64,000 nt of DNA from Azolla caroliniana. Lineage: Eukaryota > Plantae > Polypodiophyta. Location: contig JBHGNT010000006.1 of NCBI GenBank assembly GCA_043228905.1, forward strand, positions 6,510,001 to 6,574,000, in the 5' to 3' direction. The notes below the pieces were generated by a model. It saw only the letters and a list, made by a program, of their open reading frames with translations. It searched no databases and was not told the origin of the DNA. Below are positions 24,891 to 36,368 of the stretch, piece by piece. Position 1 is the stretch's first letter, and each line of letters begins with the position of its first letter. Made by a program: the position numbers and the translations under genes.

Positions 24891-27800
24891 TTCATGAGAT
24901 AGACAGCCGTGGATGCCACTTCGGCCCAATAGAAGTTCGACATGTGCTTCTCATGTAAACATGGCCCATACTACCTCGAGTATTTTGCCGATTCTTCCTT
25001 TCGGCGACTCCATTTTGTTGGGGTGTGTGTCGACATGAGAATTCTCTCCGAATGCCTTCACTTTGGAGGTAGGAGTTAAATTCATCGGAGAAGTACTCCT
25101 TGCCTCCATCCGATCGTAGGCATCGAATGTGCCGATCGGTTTCTTTTTCGACTGGCCCTTGAGCTTTTGGAAGTGGGAGAACACTTCACTCTTCTTCTTC
25201 ATCAGGAAGATCCACGCATAGCGCGAGTAGTCGTTGATGAAGGTGACGTAGAATCAGCATCCGCCGATCGTTAGCGTTTGAGCCAGTTCCCATACATCCG
25301 AGTGTATGATGTCGAGGAGGCCTTTGCAAGCGTAGCTCTCCTTCGGGAATGGGAGTCAATGTTGTTTGCCGAGTTGGCATGCTTCGCATACTTGGTCGAT
25401 TCGTTTCGACTCGAATGCCGGAAGTCCGATAACAACTCCCTTTGATTGCATTGCTCGAAGCCGTTGGAGGTTCATGTTGCCGATTCTTTTGTGCCACAAC
25501 TCAATGCTTGTCTCGGTTTTGAGACCTTTGGCATACATGGCCGATTTCACCTCGTTCGAATCGAGGATGAACATTCCACCGTCTCTCCGTCCCTTGGCTA
25601 TGAGTCGGCCATCTTTCTCGATGAAACAACCTTCGTTGTTGAAGCGGACTTGCATGCCTTGCTCCACGATTTGCCCAACCGAGACCAAATTCTTCGTTAT
25701 TGTGGGCACGTGCAAGACATTTTTGATGCAAGTTTGCTCGCCTTCTTCCCCGAATGGGAAATTGCCGATGTGCCGAATGGGATGTGTGGTGTCGTCCTCA
25801 TTCGCCGACCTTGTTGGGCATGGAAGATCCCCCTTCTTCTGAAGGTTCTTCAATGACTTCCATGAAGGTTTGAGTTCCCTTCGTGTGATGGGTTGAATTG
25901 AACTCTTCTACTGCCGTGACCTCGTCCTCGGCTACCGTCTGAACTTGAGAAGAACATTTGTCCTTCCGACTTTTTCGTCTTGGTTCAGACGTGGTTCTCT
26001 TCGACCAATAACATTGATTGGATGTTGAAGAACGAAGGAGGGTTTTCCCTTGCCAAGATTTCCGCCCTCAAGAGTCAAATAGTTGTGCAAGGCCACCCAA
26101 GCATACTTGAACCTCTCGTCTTCATTGATGTTTATGTTGATAGAACCAAGCGAGTCGCAAATGCTCTTGATCTTGGCGGTGTAGTCCGACACAGACATGT
26201 ATTTTTGCCAAATGTTGTTCAACTCTTGTCAGAGTTGAAGCTTTCGAGTGGTCGTGTTGGCAGTGAACATCTTCTTCATGTTCCCCCACGCCTCTTTAGG
26301 CATCTTGGTGTCTCGAATGTGGGTAAGCATGTGATCGTCGACACATGTTGCCAAGCAACACATGACTCAACTTGCCGCTTGCTCCCATGTTGCGTAGTCG
26401 GCGTTCTTTGAGTCAGGTCAATTTTCTTGTGTGCCATGGTATTGGGTCATCTTGTACTCCCAAGATGAATAATTGCTCCGGTCTAGCTTTTCACTAGGGA
26501 GCGAGCTACCCATTTGTGTGTTCATGTTGATTGTAGTGTCTTCCGTTTTGCTTTTCTCCCTTCTATCACGTAGTCGTGCTACATAGCGGCACTATGGTAG
26601 CGAATAACCAGAATTTGTGGTCGGCGTTTCGAACACACAATCACGGAGTCGGGTGGGCTTAGTGGATGTGCTATATAAAGCACACGCTCTGATACCATGT
26701 TAAGAATTAGGTAATTAAGCAAGGGTTAATTAGTACCTAATTATGTGATTAAGTAAAGTAGAAGATTAAGTGATATGTGTGTATATGTGTGTGAGAGGAA
26801 GGGAGAGAGAAGTACACTTATTAACAACACAAGATGGGGGATGATTAACTCTATGTTAAATTAGCATCATCAAATACAAAAATACCCACAATGAGGTATA
26901 TATAGGTCTCATGTGCAAGGGTGCACGTGTGTGAGGAGAATATAGGTACAAGGGTGTAAGTCCTATATTAAATGTACTTGGGAGTGGAGGATCTAGAATA
27001 TCTCACTTAAGTACAAGGCGTTACAGTCAACACTTCAGCTAGATTCTATCTAGGTAACTACGAAGTTACATGGTTGACTACGTAACTAAACTAAGTTGAG
27101 CTTGATCTCTCAACAACGGGCATATGTGAGCATGCCAGTTCGGAAAATAGCGTCGACATCCATTCCCGAAAGAGAGGAATGTGAGCAAAGGGATCCTAGA
27201 TGTAGTACATTCATATGTGTGGGGACCGGCCCAAACGACAACATTCGGTGGTTGCCGATACTATGTCATGTTCATCGATGACTTCTCCAAGCACACCTAG
27301 ATCTATATGTTGAGAGACAAGCTCAACATCGACTGGATCGGCTGAGCAAGCCGAGGACCGGATCGGTTGGGACCGATCGGTTAGGCCGGATCGGTTGGAA
27401 ACCGGTACACAAACCGGCGAGTAGGAAGGCCGTATCGGTGCGTAAACCGAAAGGCCGTTAGAGAGATATTCCTCGTAAGGAATAGTTTTGGGAGTAAGAG
27501 TCGAGGCTCATTTATGAGCAGTCAAGTATTGTCAGTACTTGTGTCAGCCCATTGTCAGGGCTTGTATAAAAGGTGCTCACTGAGCACGATGTATGTACAG
27601 AGTGTTAGTTTTTTGAATTGTTTTTTTGAATTGTTAGTTTACTCTCTCTCTCTCTCAGTCTCTCCCGTGCGTACTGTGCAAACCTAAGCTTTCCATTAAA
27701 CCTGCGTTTTCTGTTGTTCGGTTTCCTATATTGCTTCCGCACATAATCTTTCACATGGTATTAGAGCGAGAGGGTTGAGAACCTCTGCAACTGACTTTGC

Positions 27801-30800
27801 TTGAAGGAAAACCAACGAAGAAGAACAAAAAAACCGATGGACAGAGGAATGGCTAGCTTGCTTCCGATGGAGAAGCTCGACAGAACCAACTACGCATCTT
27901 GGTCCTACAAGATGCACTAGTACCTGCTTGGGCACGGTTACTAGAGCTATGTTGAAGGAGCAAATGATGCGACACCCGAATCGACACACAAAGACTTCCC
28001 GGCGTGGGAACAATCAGCGAGCAGAGTGTTGTACTGTTTCGCGTCTTCTGTGTGCGAACAACTATTAAGCTACGTTCGGGATGCAAAAATGTCGAAGGGT
28101 GCGTGGGAAAATCTGAAGAAGATCTTCGCCGCGAGCACCACAGCCAGGAAGCTTCAGATCCGACAAGAGTTCAGCAACCTACGACAACGCGATTTGTCGG
28201 TGGCTGACTATACCTCAAAGATCAAGGACATCTGCGACTCCTTAGCTTCCATCGATGTGAACATCGAGGAAAGCAAGATGGTCCAGGTCTGTCTCGGGGC
28301 TTTGGCGTCAAAGTTCGGAGCGTTTTGAACTGTTGTGTGTACACGGGAGAATATGCCATTATTTTTCGAGTTACAATCGATGCTCCTTATAGAGGAGAAC
28401 CACGCGGGTGCGTTGACAAGCACGCATGCCGACAACAAGATGTTGTACACTAAGGGAGATAGGCCCCGTGGTCGTGGCGGACAAGGCGAGTCGGTACGCA
28501 ATGAAGGCGGCCGACGGGATCATTGAAGAAGGCATCGAAGTGATGTCGACAACAATTCCGGACCCTCCGGAAACAGGGGGAGTCGAGGCGACGAGAACCG
28601 ACAAGGGAAATCTGCCGCGGAATGCTGGTACTGTGGCAAGAAAGGCTACAGGGAGAGCGAGTGCTGGAAAAAACGCTTCGGTTCGGATCAGGTTCCGGAC
28701 AAACCGACAAAGGAAATCGGCAACGATTGCACTACGCTGAAGGATCCGGAGAAGCCAGAAAAGGGTCAGTCTTCGTGACGAGACACGAAGCAAACTCAAT
28801 GAAGCAGACCACCCCGAAATCGGACGAGGTGTGGTACGTCGACTCCGGCGCGTCAAATCACATGACGAGGCATAAGGAGTGGTTCTCATACCTAGAAAAA
28901 CCGATGCAACTGAGAGTAGTCGCAACCGGAGACAACACTCAACATCCGATCGCGAATGTCGGTGAAGTTCCCCTGAGCCATATCGGGCAGAAAGGGAAAC
29001 TCATGAACGTGCTACACGTGCGGACAATCGCGAAGAACTTGGTGTTAGTCGGACAGATCGTCGACCAAGGGATGGAGGTCCAGTTTACACACCTTGGGTG
29101 CTTCATTGAGGAAGAGGGCGATGTTATTGCGCAAGGGGGCAGAGATGGGAGGATGTTCATCCTCGACTCTACTGACGGTGGCACCGCAATGTTCACGAAG
29201 GGACAAAAAGTCGAGTCGGACATCGACTTATGGCACAAGCGGATGGACCACATCAACTACTAGCAGCTTGAAGACTTGCAATTGAAACAAGTGGTGTTCG
29301 GATTGCCCAAATTTAGTGGCCGGAAGGCACAAATTTGTGAAGCTTGCCAGCTTGGGAACAACACTGACTTCCTTTCCCCAATGAGCGTAACCGGAGCCGG
29401 AACAGGCTCGACTTGATACACTTCGATGTGTGGGGGCCGACACAAAACGTTAGTCTTGGCGGGAGCCGATATTTCATCTCCTTCATCGATGACTACACGC
29501 GGCACACGTGGATCTACCTCATTGAGAGGAAGAGCGAAGTCTTCGACTATTTCCGGGATCTTAAAGGGTTCATGGAAACAGAAACAGGAAGAAAGATCAA
29601 GTGCCTGCGGTCGGATGGCAGAAAAGAATACTTTTCCGGTCAATTCAATGGTTATCTACAACAGATGGGAATTCGGCGTGAATTCAGTTGTAGATACACG
29701 CCGGAGCAAAACGGCGTGGCTGAGAGGAAAAATCGGTCTTTTGTGGAAGCGGCATGGGCAATGCTGGAGGAGAAGAGCTTGCCCAAATTCTATTGGGCCG
29801 AGGTGGTACGAACCGCGGTATACATCCATAATCGGATTGGAGAAAAAGTGTCGGCGCACGAGATACGGTTCGGAACGAAGCCGAACTTGCGACACTTACT
29901 AGTTTTCGGTAGCATTGTGTATGTGCATGTGCCGAAAGAGAAACGGAGGAAGCTGGACGCAAAGGCCGAGAAATGCATCTTGGTTGGTTATTCGGACGAG
30001 CAAAAGGGTTATAAGTGTAATAACCCGCGCGCCAAACCAGCGCGCGTGAGCCTGGTACTTGCCTCCGACTCCGGATCTCAACTCCAATCCGAGCTCTGAC
30101 GATGAGGTCAGCGAGACTGAGATGCCACTGGTTGAGCCTGAAATCGGGACCCACGAAGAGTGTCCAATTTCATTTCGGTTAAGTGGACCGAATGGACTAC
30201 TGAGTCAGTTCGACCAGTTCGATGAAGAGCCGACGAGTAGTGGAGACTCGGACGTGCATTCCCCGTGCAGGAAGCCGAGGAGACGGCTTACGCGCAAAGA
30301 GAAAGGGAAGAACAGGGTGTCGGATTCTAGGACGGATAGGAACGAGTCTGACTGACGCGAGTCTGACTCCGAGGGAAGCGGTGATGGATCTTCAAGAGCG
30401 AAGTCCGTGTCGGCCGAGAAAACCACGACATCAGCTAATGACCGATTACGCCAATCTACCCGCCAGAAGAACCCAGTTGTGTCGTTCAAATACAACGAGT
30501 ACATGGCGCATCATTATGCATACATGACTCGTGTAGTGGAAGTGCGTGAGCCGAAGAGCTACGTAGAAGCGGTTAAGGACACGAATTGGCGTGCCGCGAT
30601 GGAGGAAGAGATGCACGCATTGGCGGAAAATGAGACCTGGGACTTGGTTGACGCACCAAAGGGTGTGAAGCCGAATGAATGTAGGTGGGTGTACAAGGTC
30701 AAGTACAACACCGACGACTCAGTCAACCGATACAAGGCCCGGTTAGTAGCAAAAGGCTACCCGCTGTCGTAGTGTGAATCACACACTACGTGAAATATGT

Positions 30801-30865
30801 AAAATACTATATCTGATTTAAAGTACGTATAATAAATAAAATAAAATATTAAAAATATTTATTAC

Positions 30866-30939
30866 GTGCATAGGGCAGGATTCGAACCATATACTTCCAC
30901 GTAGACAAAACTCCAACCTTATCATTGTACTAACTTATT
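30866..30939 (-). promoter_or_regulatory. tRNA-Asp(GTC)-like Pol III A/B-box cassette in the E1 LTR
   Basis: Minus strand TAGTACAATGA...GTC...GGTTCGAATCC with 44-nt A-to-B start spacing. Confidence 0.65.
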
Positions 30940-32570
30940 CGAAGAGTTCAAAATATAGATTTAATACGTATAAGACCTTTATTTACGCCTACCTTTATTA
31001 AAAGGTAAGTCATGCATTTTTTAGAATATGCGAATACTTTATTTATAAGAAAAATGTACACCAATAAAAAATGACTCATGCACATCTAGCGAGCATGAGC
31101 ACTATATTTAGGAAATAGAAGCATAGTGTAAAAAGGCAGCTCATGCACATTTAGTGTGCATGAACACTTTAGAAAAAGCATGAAGCTATGCTTAGCCTCT
31201 TCCATCCTTATATAAGGAGGAGAGAAAGATGTATGGGGGGTTGAATATTTTACAAGGGTTGATTAATATAATATAATCGTGGGATTCACGAATTTGCGAA
31301 CTATTTTTCTCTCTTAATCTGAGTACTCACTAATACACTATATTTGTGGGATTCACGAGTTTTTCATATCTTATATCTTTCTTTCTTACCATATATTTCA
31401 TATTCTTAATTATCTTAGAATTTTCTTCTCCTAGTCCAAAACCTCGGTGGTTCCCACCCAATTCACGCAACGATCCGGAGCCGAAAGGCACAACACAAGT
31501 GGTGAACCCGACGTGGACACGGGTGGCAAGGAGATGGAAAATCAACCGGAGGCTAATAACATCATGATGATGTTCGAGTGGATGCTTCAAGAACAACATG
31601 TGATGCCGAAGATAGCGGCGACAATAGAGCGGCTCGTGCAACGGATTGGGCAATTCAACGGGAAGGACGTATCACGCTATCTTCGGGACTACAAGGCGGA
31701 AATGATATGAGGCGGGATTTTGGAAGGACTGCAAGCGACATCCTTCAACCGGGTAGCTACCGACGGGCTTCAAGCAAGTATCCACGGGCTACGACAACAA
31801 AATCCGACGAGGGAAGCATTTGAAGAGGCGCGAAAGACCACATTCGCTATCGAGGACTCCTCCAAGGCAACGCGGAGAGGATTCGAGGATTGGGTAGAAA
31901 CGTCGGACAAGGGGATGAAGGTGCTCGATGTGTTTTCGGCATTCGAAAGTCGGTTCGGGAGGTTGTCACTATGCACATATTGCGGACCCACTCTATCACT
32001 TGTTGCGGAAGGGTAAGAAGTTTGAATGGAAACCGGTGTCGTGCCTTTCGGCTCCGGATCGTTGCGTGAGTCGGGTGGGAACCACAGAGGTCTTGGACTA
32101 GGAGAAAGAAGTTCGTGAGATAGAGATTAATTATGAGTAAATAGCAAAGAGAAAGACAAGAAACTCGTGAATCACACGAGTATACTATATTAATTGGTAC
32201 TTAGGGTGTTAAGAGAGAAGTAGATGTATAAATCGTGAATCCCACGAATAATTTTTGTATTGATTAATACTTAATCCAAATAATCAACAACCCTTTACAT
32301 ATCTCTCTCCTCCTTATATAAGGAAGGAAGAGCTAAGCATGGCTTCATGCTTTTTTTTTTACAAAAAGTGTTCATGTCCACTAAATGTCCATGTGATGCT
32401 TTTTTATTTCCTAAGTATAGGGCTCATGCACGCTAGATGTGCATGAGTTATTTTTTAGTGTCTCGCGTTTTTCTTTTTCATATATTAAAAAAATACACGA
32501 TTTACCTTTTAATAAAGGTATGCATAAATAAAGGTCTTATACGTATTAAATCTATATTTAAAACACTTAA

Positions 32571-32642
32571 GATAAGTTAATGTAATGGTAAGGTTGCGGT
32601 TTGTCAACGTGGAGGTGCAGAGTTCGAATCACACCCTGCGCA
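32571..32642 (+). promoter_or_regulatory. tRNA-Asp(GTC)-like cassette in the solo LTR
   Basis: TAATGTAATGG (32578), GTC (32603), AGTTCGAATC (32621). Confidence 0.55.
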
Positions 32643-32692
32643 GTAGTGAGTATTTCCTTTCTTTTTACATTTATGTCTCTTTCTTTTTACAT

Positions 32693-32830
32693 TTGCCGGT
32701 ATGCCGTTTTCTTCCTTGCCGGTATGCCGTTTTCCTCCTTGCCGGTATGCCATTTTCCTCCTTGACGGTATGCCGTTTTCCTCCTTGACGGTATGCCGTT
32801 TTCCTCCTTGCCGGTATGCCGTTTTCTTCC
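32693..32830. repeat. 6 x 23-bp tandem array TTGCCGGTATGCCGTTTTCCTCC in the LTR U3 region
   Basis: Directly visible: 138 bp with no spacers. Confidence 0.95.
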
Positions 32831-34844
32831 GGTTCTCACCGAGCACTCCATTCTCTATCCGGAGGGACAAAAATATAATTTCCACATAGTGTGCAACCTA
32901 CACTACGACACCGGGGCAATACCAAAGCCGTGAAGAAGCTCAAGAAATCACTACGGAGGGCAAAAGCATTAAAGAAGCCGAACTATGACCGACCGATTAT
33001 AGTAACGGTTGACACAAGTCCAACCGGAATCGGATGGGTCATCAATCAAGCCGACTCGGATGGTTCACGATATCTGATCTGTTTCGGAGCAAAGGTTCTC
33101 AATGAAAGGCAATGAGGATATGCACAAGTCAAAAGAGAATTATGGGGAGTCGTGTCGGCAATCAAATCGGATTGAGATTATTTGATCGGAGCCGAAGTAG
33201 TGATCAAAACAGATTGTCTTCCGATACTTGGGATGATGCGGTGTTGCATGATACCGGATGTGGCTAGCTAAGATGGATTGCATATGTTAAGTCGCTTAAT
33301 CTGGAGGTACTACACATCTCCAGAAAAGACAACGTGGTAGCGGATATGCTATCAAGGGCGCGGTTCGGAGATGACATAATCGAATCCAATAATGAAGAAG
33401 TTTTGCGAAGACTACTTTGCTTCGGAGCACATATGCCGGGTGAACGAATTTCGAGAATTCCGGGAAGAAGAATACGAGGGAGAAAGCTTGCTGATCGGGA
33501 AAGTGCTACAAGAAATCGAGGAATCATCGGACAATAAAGAGAAGAGAGCCGAGATCCGAAGTAAGAAGCGGCAAGTCCGAAAGTTCTTCTTGAAAAATGG
33601 GAGTGCCGCGATAGCGTGGAGTAGTAAGAAGCAGTCGATAGTTGCACTATCGAGCACCGAAGCCGAGTATAGAGGAGTGGTTTTCACGACATGCGAAGCC
33701 ATATGGTTGAAGCGGCTACCTAAGGACCTGCAAGAGGAGGTGTCTAATCCAACGACGATCTCAGCAGCATCCCCGTTTCCCACGCACGGACCAAGCACAT
33801 TGAGGTGCACTACCATTTTGTCCGTGAGCGTGTCCTTTCTGGTGAAGTCGAACTTCAGTATGTTTCGACGGATCGGCAAACCGCCGACATCTTCACCAAG
33901 CCCCTTGGTCTGGTGAAGTTGCGGCAGTTCTCTGGTGCACTTGGGTTGCGTCACCTCGACGTGCCAAACTTGAGGGGGAGAACAGTCTCGAAAGACCGAG
34001 CAAGGGAGCAGGAAGGGAGCGAAAGAGGCCGCGACACCGAGTCGGATGACGAATCTGACTTCGGATCGGCTGAAGAAGCCGAGGGCGGATCCGCGGAAGA
34101 GTCCGGAAGCGGACATAAGGGGAACAGCCGAAAGAAAGAGCCGAAGCCAACCAAGCATGGGGGAGATGACGTCGTCAAGGGCGAGAGGACCGAAGATGAG
34201 TTGGAGATAGCCAATTCGGACGAGAGCGAAAACCGATCGGAAGTAGCCGAGTCGGTTTGGATGTTTTATTCGGATACACTGAATCAACCGAGGGCCAAGC
34301 GGAAAAGAAGGCAGCAGGAGAAGCGCCAACACTGCGACAGCAAGGGAGCTATGAAGGGCCGTGGGAGCAAACAAGCCGACCGGAAGGGTCGAGACGCGCG
34401 GAGTCGAACAAGCCGAGGAGCGTGAGCAAGCCGTGGAGCTAGGAGGAACCGGAGCAGTGATCAGGAAGATCCCGAAGAGCCTCAAGTTGAGCTTGAGGGG
34501 GAGTGTTGAGAGACAAGCTCAACATCGGCCGGATCGGCTAAGCAAGCCGAGGACTGGATCGGTTGGGACCAATCGATTAGGCCGGATCGGTTGGAAACCA
34601 GTATGCAGACCGGTGCGTAGGAAGGTCGTATCGGTGCGTAAACCAAAAGGCCGTTAGAGAGATATTCCTCGTAAGGAATAGTTTTGGGGAGTAAGAGTCG
34701 AGGCTCATTTATGAGCAGTCAAGTACTGTCAGTACTTGTGTCAGCCCATTGTCAGGGCTTGTATAAAAGGTGCTCACTGAGCGCGATGTATGTACAGAGT
34801 GTTAGTTTTTTGAAGGACTGTGTGTGTGTGTGTGTACGTAAGGC

Positions 34845-34892
<48 letters not shown>

Positions 34893-35663
34893 TTAAGACA
34901 GAGATAAAAAATTGTATGTTACATTAACGAAAATACTTCCAACAGTAACTAAGCTACAAGGGGTTGGTTTAAATACCAACTAAACTAGGACAAAACTAGC
35001 CTGGTATGACCATAAGCTAGTGTGAAACCTATTACTATGGGAAGTTGAGTTCAACTCTCAACAAGCCCCTTCGAACACAACTTTCATCTGTCGAAAAGTT
35101 GTTTCGGTTCGGTCTTTGGAATCCGGTTTCCGGCTTCCGGTGTTTGTAATCCTCTAATTGGATTGTTCGACTTTTCGGCTTCGTGCTCGGTTCGATTAAC
35201 TACGTGTTGCATACTCACGTATCGTTGCATGTTGCGTATAGTGCGCGTTTCACTCGCAGTACTCCCCCTCAAGCTCGGCAATGTGGATGTCATGAGACCA
35301 ACATCCGATGTGAATAGCCCAAGCTTGTCGACTCCTAAGGCCTTCATAAAAATATCAGCAACCTGGAGGTGCGTACTGATATGTAATAGATCGATTTCTC
35401 TTGCCTGTACGCGCTCGCAGATGAAGTGGTAGTGCACTTCGATATGCTTAGTAATACGGGGTTTTGCGGCAAGTAGATGTTGCTCATGTTGTCGCAGTGT
35501 AGGCAAATCAGATCTTTGATGGGTACACCCAAATCCTTCAGAATACGCTTGACCCATACGGCTTTGCATGCGGCGACTGCCGCGTCCCTGTATTCGGCTT
35601 CCGTTGTCGCGTTGTTACGCGCGTGCGTGTAGAAAGAGGCAGGACCACGGGGGTCTCGGACCA

Positions 35664-35719
<56 letters not shown>

Positions 35720-36368
35720 TGCAAGTACACAGAGAGAGATGCAAGTACACAGAGAGAGATTAAGAGCAGGAAAAAAAAAAATAGGAATCTGATTACTATA
35801 GTCAATAGCTTACAACCGGCAACCTGGTAATGGACCCGACATAGGGTCCTACTCACGCACATCGACGATAGCCACACGACTCGAAGAAACAAGAGGGGAA
35901 AGGGGAAGGAGAGAGACTCTGCTGGAAGCACACGGGCTGTCCATGAAGCAGAGGCAGCGAACTCCCGACACCCGCAGAGAACGACGATTTGAGGAGAGAG
36001 AGAGAGACCGGCACTCGGTTCTGCAGCAGCACTTCGTCCTAGCCAATGCGCGATGTCTTCTCTCCCTTCTCTCCTCTCCTTAAATAGTTCCCAAAAGGGG
36101 GTGCCCTTTCTCCCTAGTCAAATCACTTTATTCCTTGTCCCTTCTGACAGAGATACGCACAATCCCCTAATAAATGTGTACTACTTAGTATTTACATCAG
36201 CGAATCCATTTATGAATCATGTACAAAATATCAAAATGTCAATTCTTGCGTCCATCCGTGTAAGAGTCGGTTCATGCGCCTTTTTCTCTAATTCCGCCTA
36301 TGCCCGATTTTCTTCACGTCATCCACCGGCATACGCTAGAGACAGGTTGACACCGAAGAAAATCGGCT

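Larger units (their letters stand above)
20107..27115 (-). mobile_element. Ty1/Copia element C, 3'-truncated and interrupted by Gypsy D
   Basis: 5' LTR 26698-27115; PBS TGGTATCAGAGC (tRNA-Met) at 26686-26697. gag, GAG-pre-integrase and integrase run to ~24890; the INT-RT linker is at 20107-20380. Confidence 0.85.
32037..32910 (-). mobile_element. Solo LTR of a divergent E-subfamily, inserted in E1
   Basis: TGTCG...CGACA ends; 4-bp TSD CCGG. The empty site is visible in E2 (TGGAAACCGGGGC). Confidence 0.9.
30765..33600 (+). mobile_element. Gypsy E1 (tRNA-Trp PBS), internally deleted and 3'-truncated
   Basis: LTR 30765-31495; PBS TGGTGAACCCGACGTG at 31500-31515. A gag fragment is fused to RNase H; the copy ends at KFFLKNG. 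Confidence 0.88.
27308..34814 (+). mobile_element. Ty1/Copia element B, interrupted by Gypsy E1, with a truncated 3' LTR
   Basis: 5' LTR 27308-27755; PBS TGGTATTAGAGC. gag-PR-INT-RT 27849-30764; RNase H from 33601. PPT TTGAGGGGGAG, then 3' LTR from 34504. Confidence 0.9.

Noticed and set aside
32693-32830. CRISPR array
   Set aside because: Repeats are head-to-tail with no spacers, there are no cas genes, and the context is a eukaryotic LTR.
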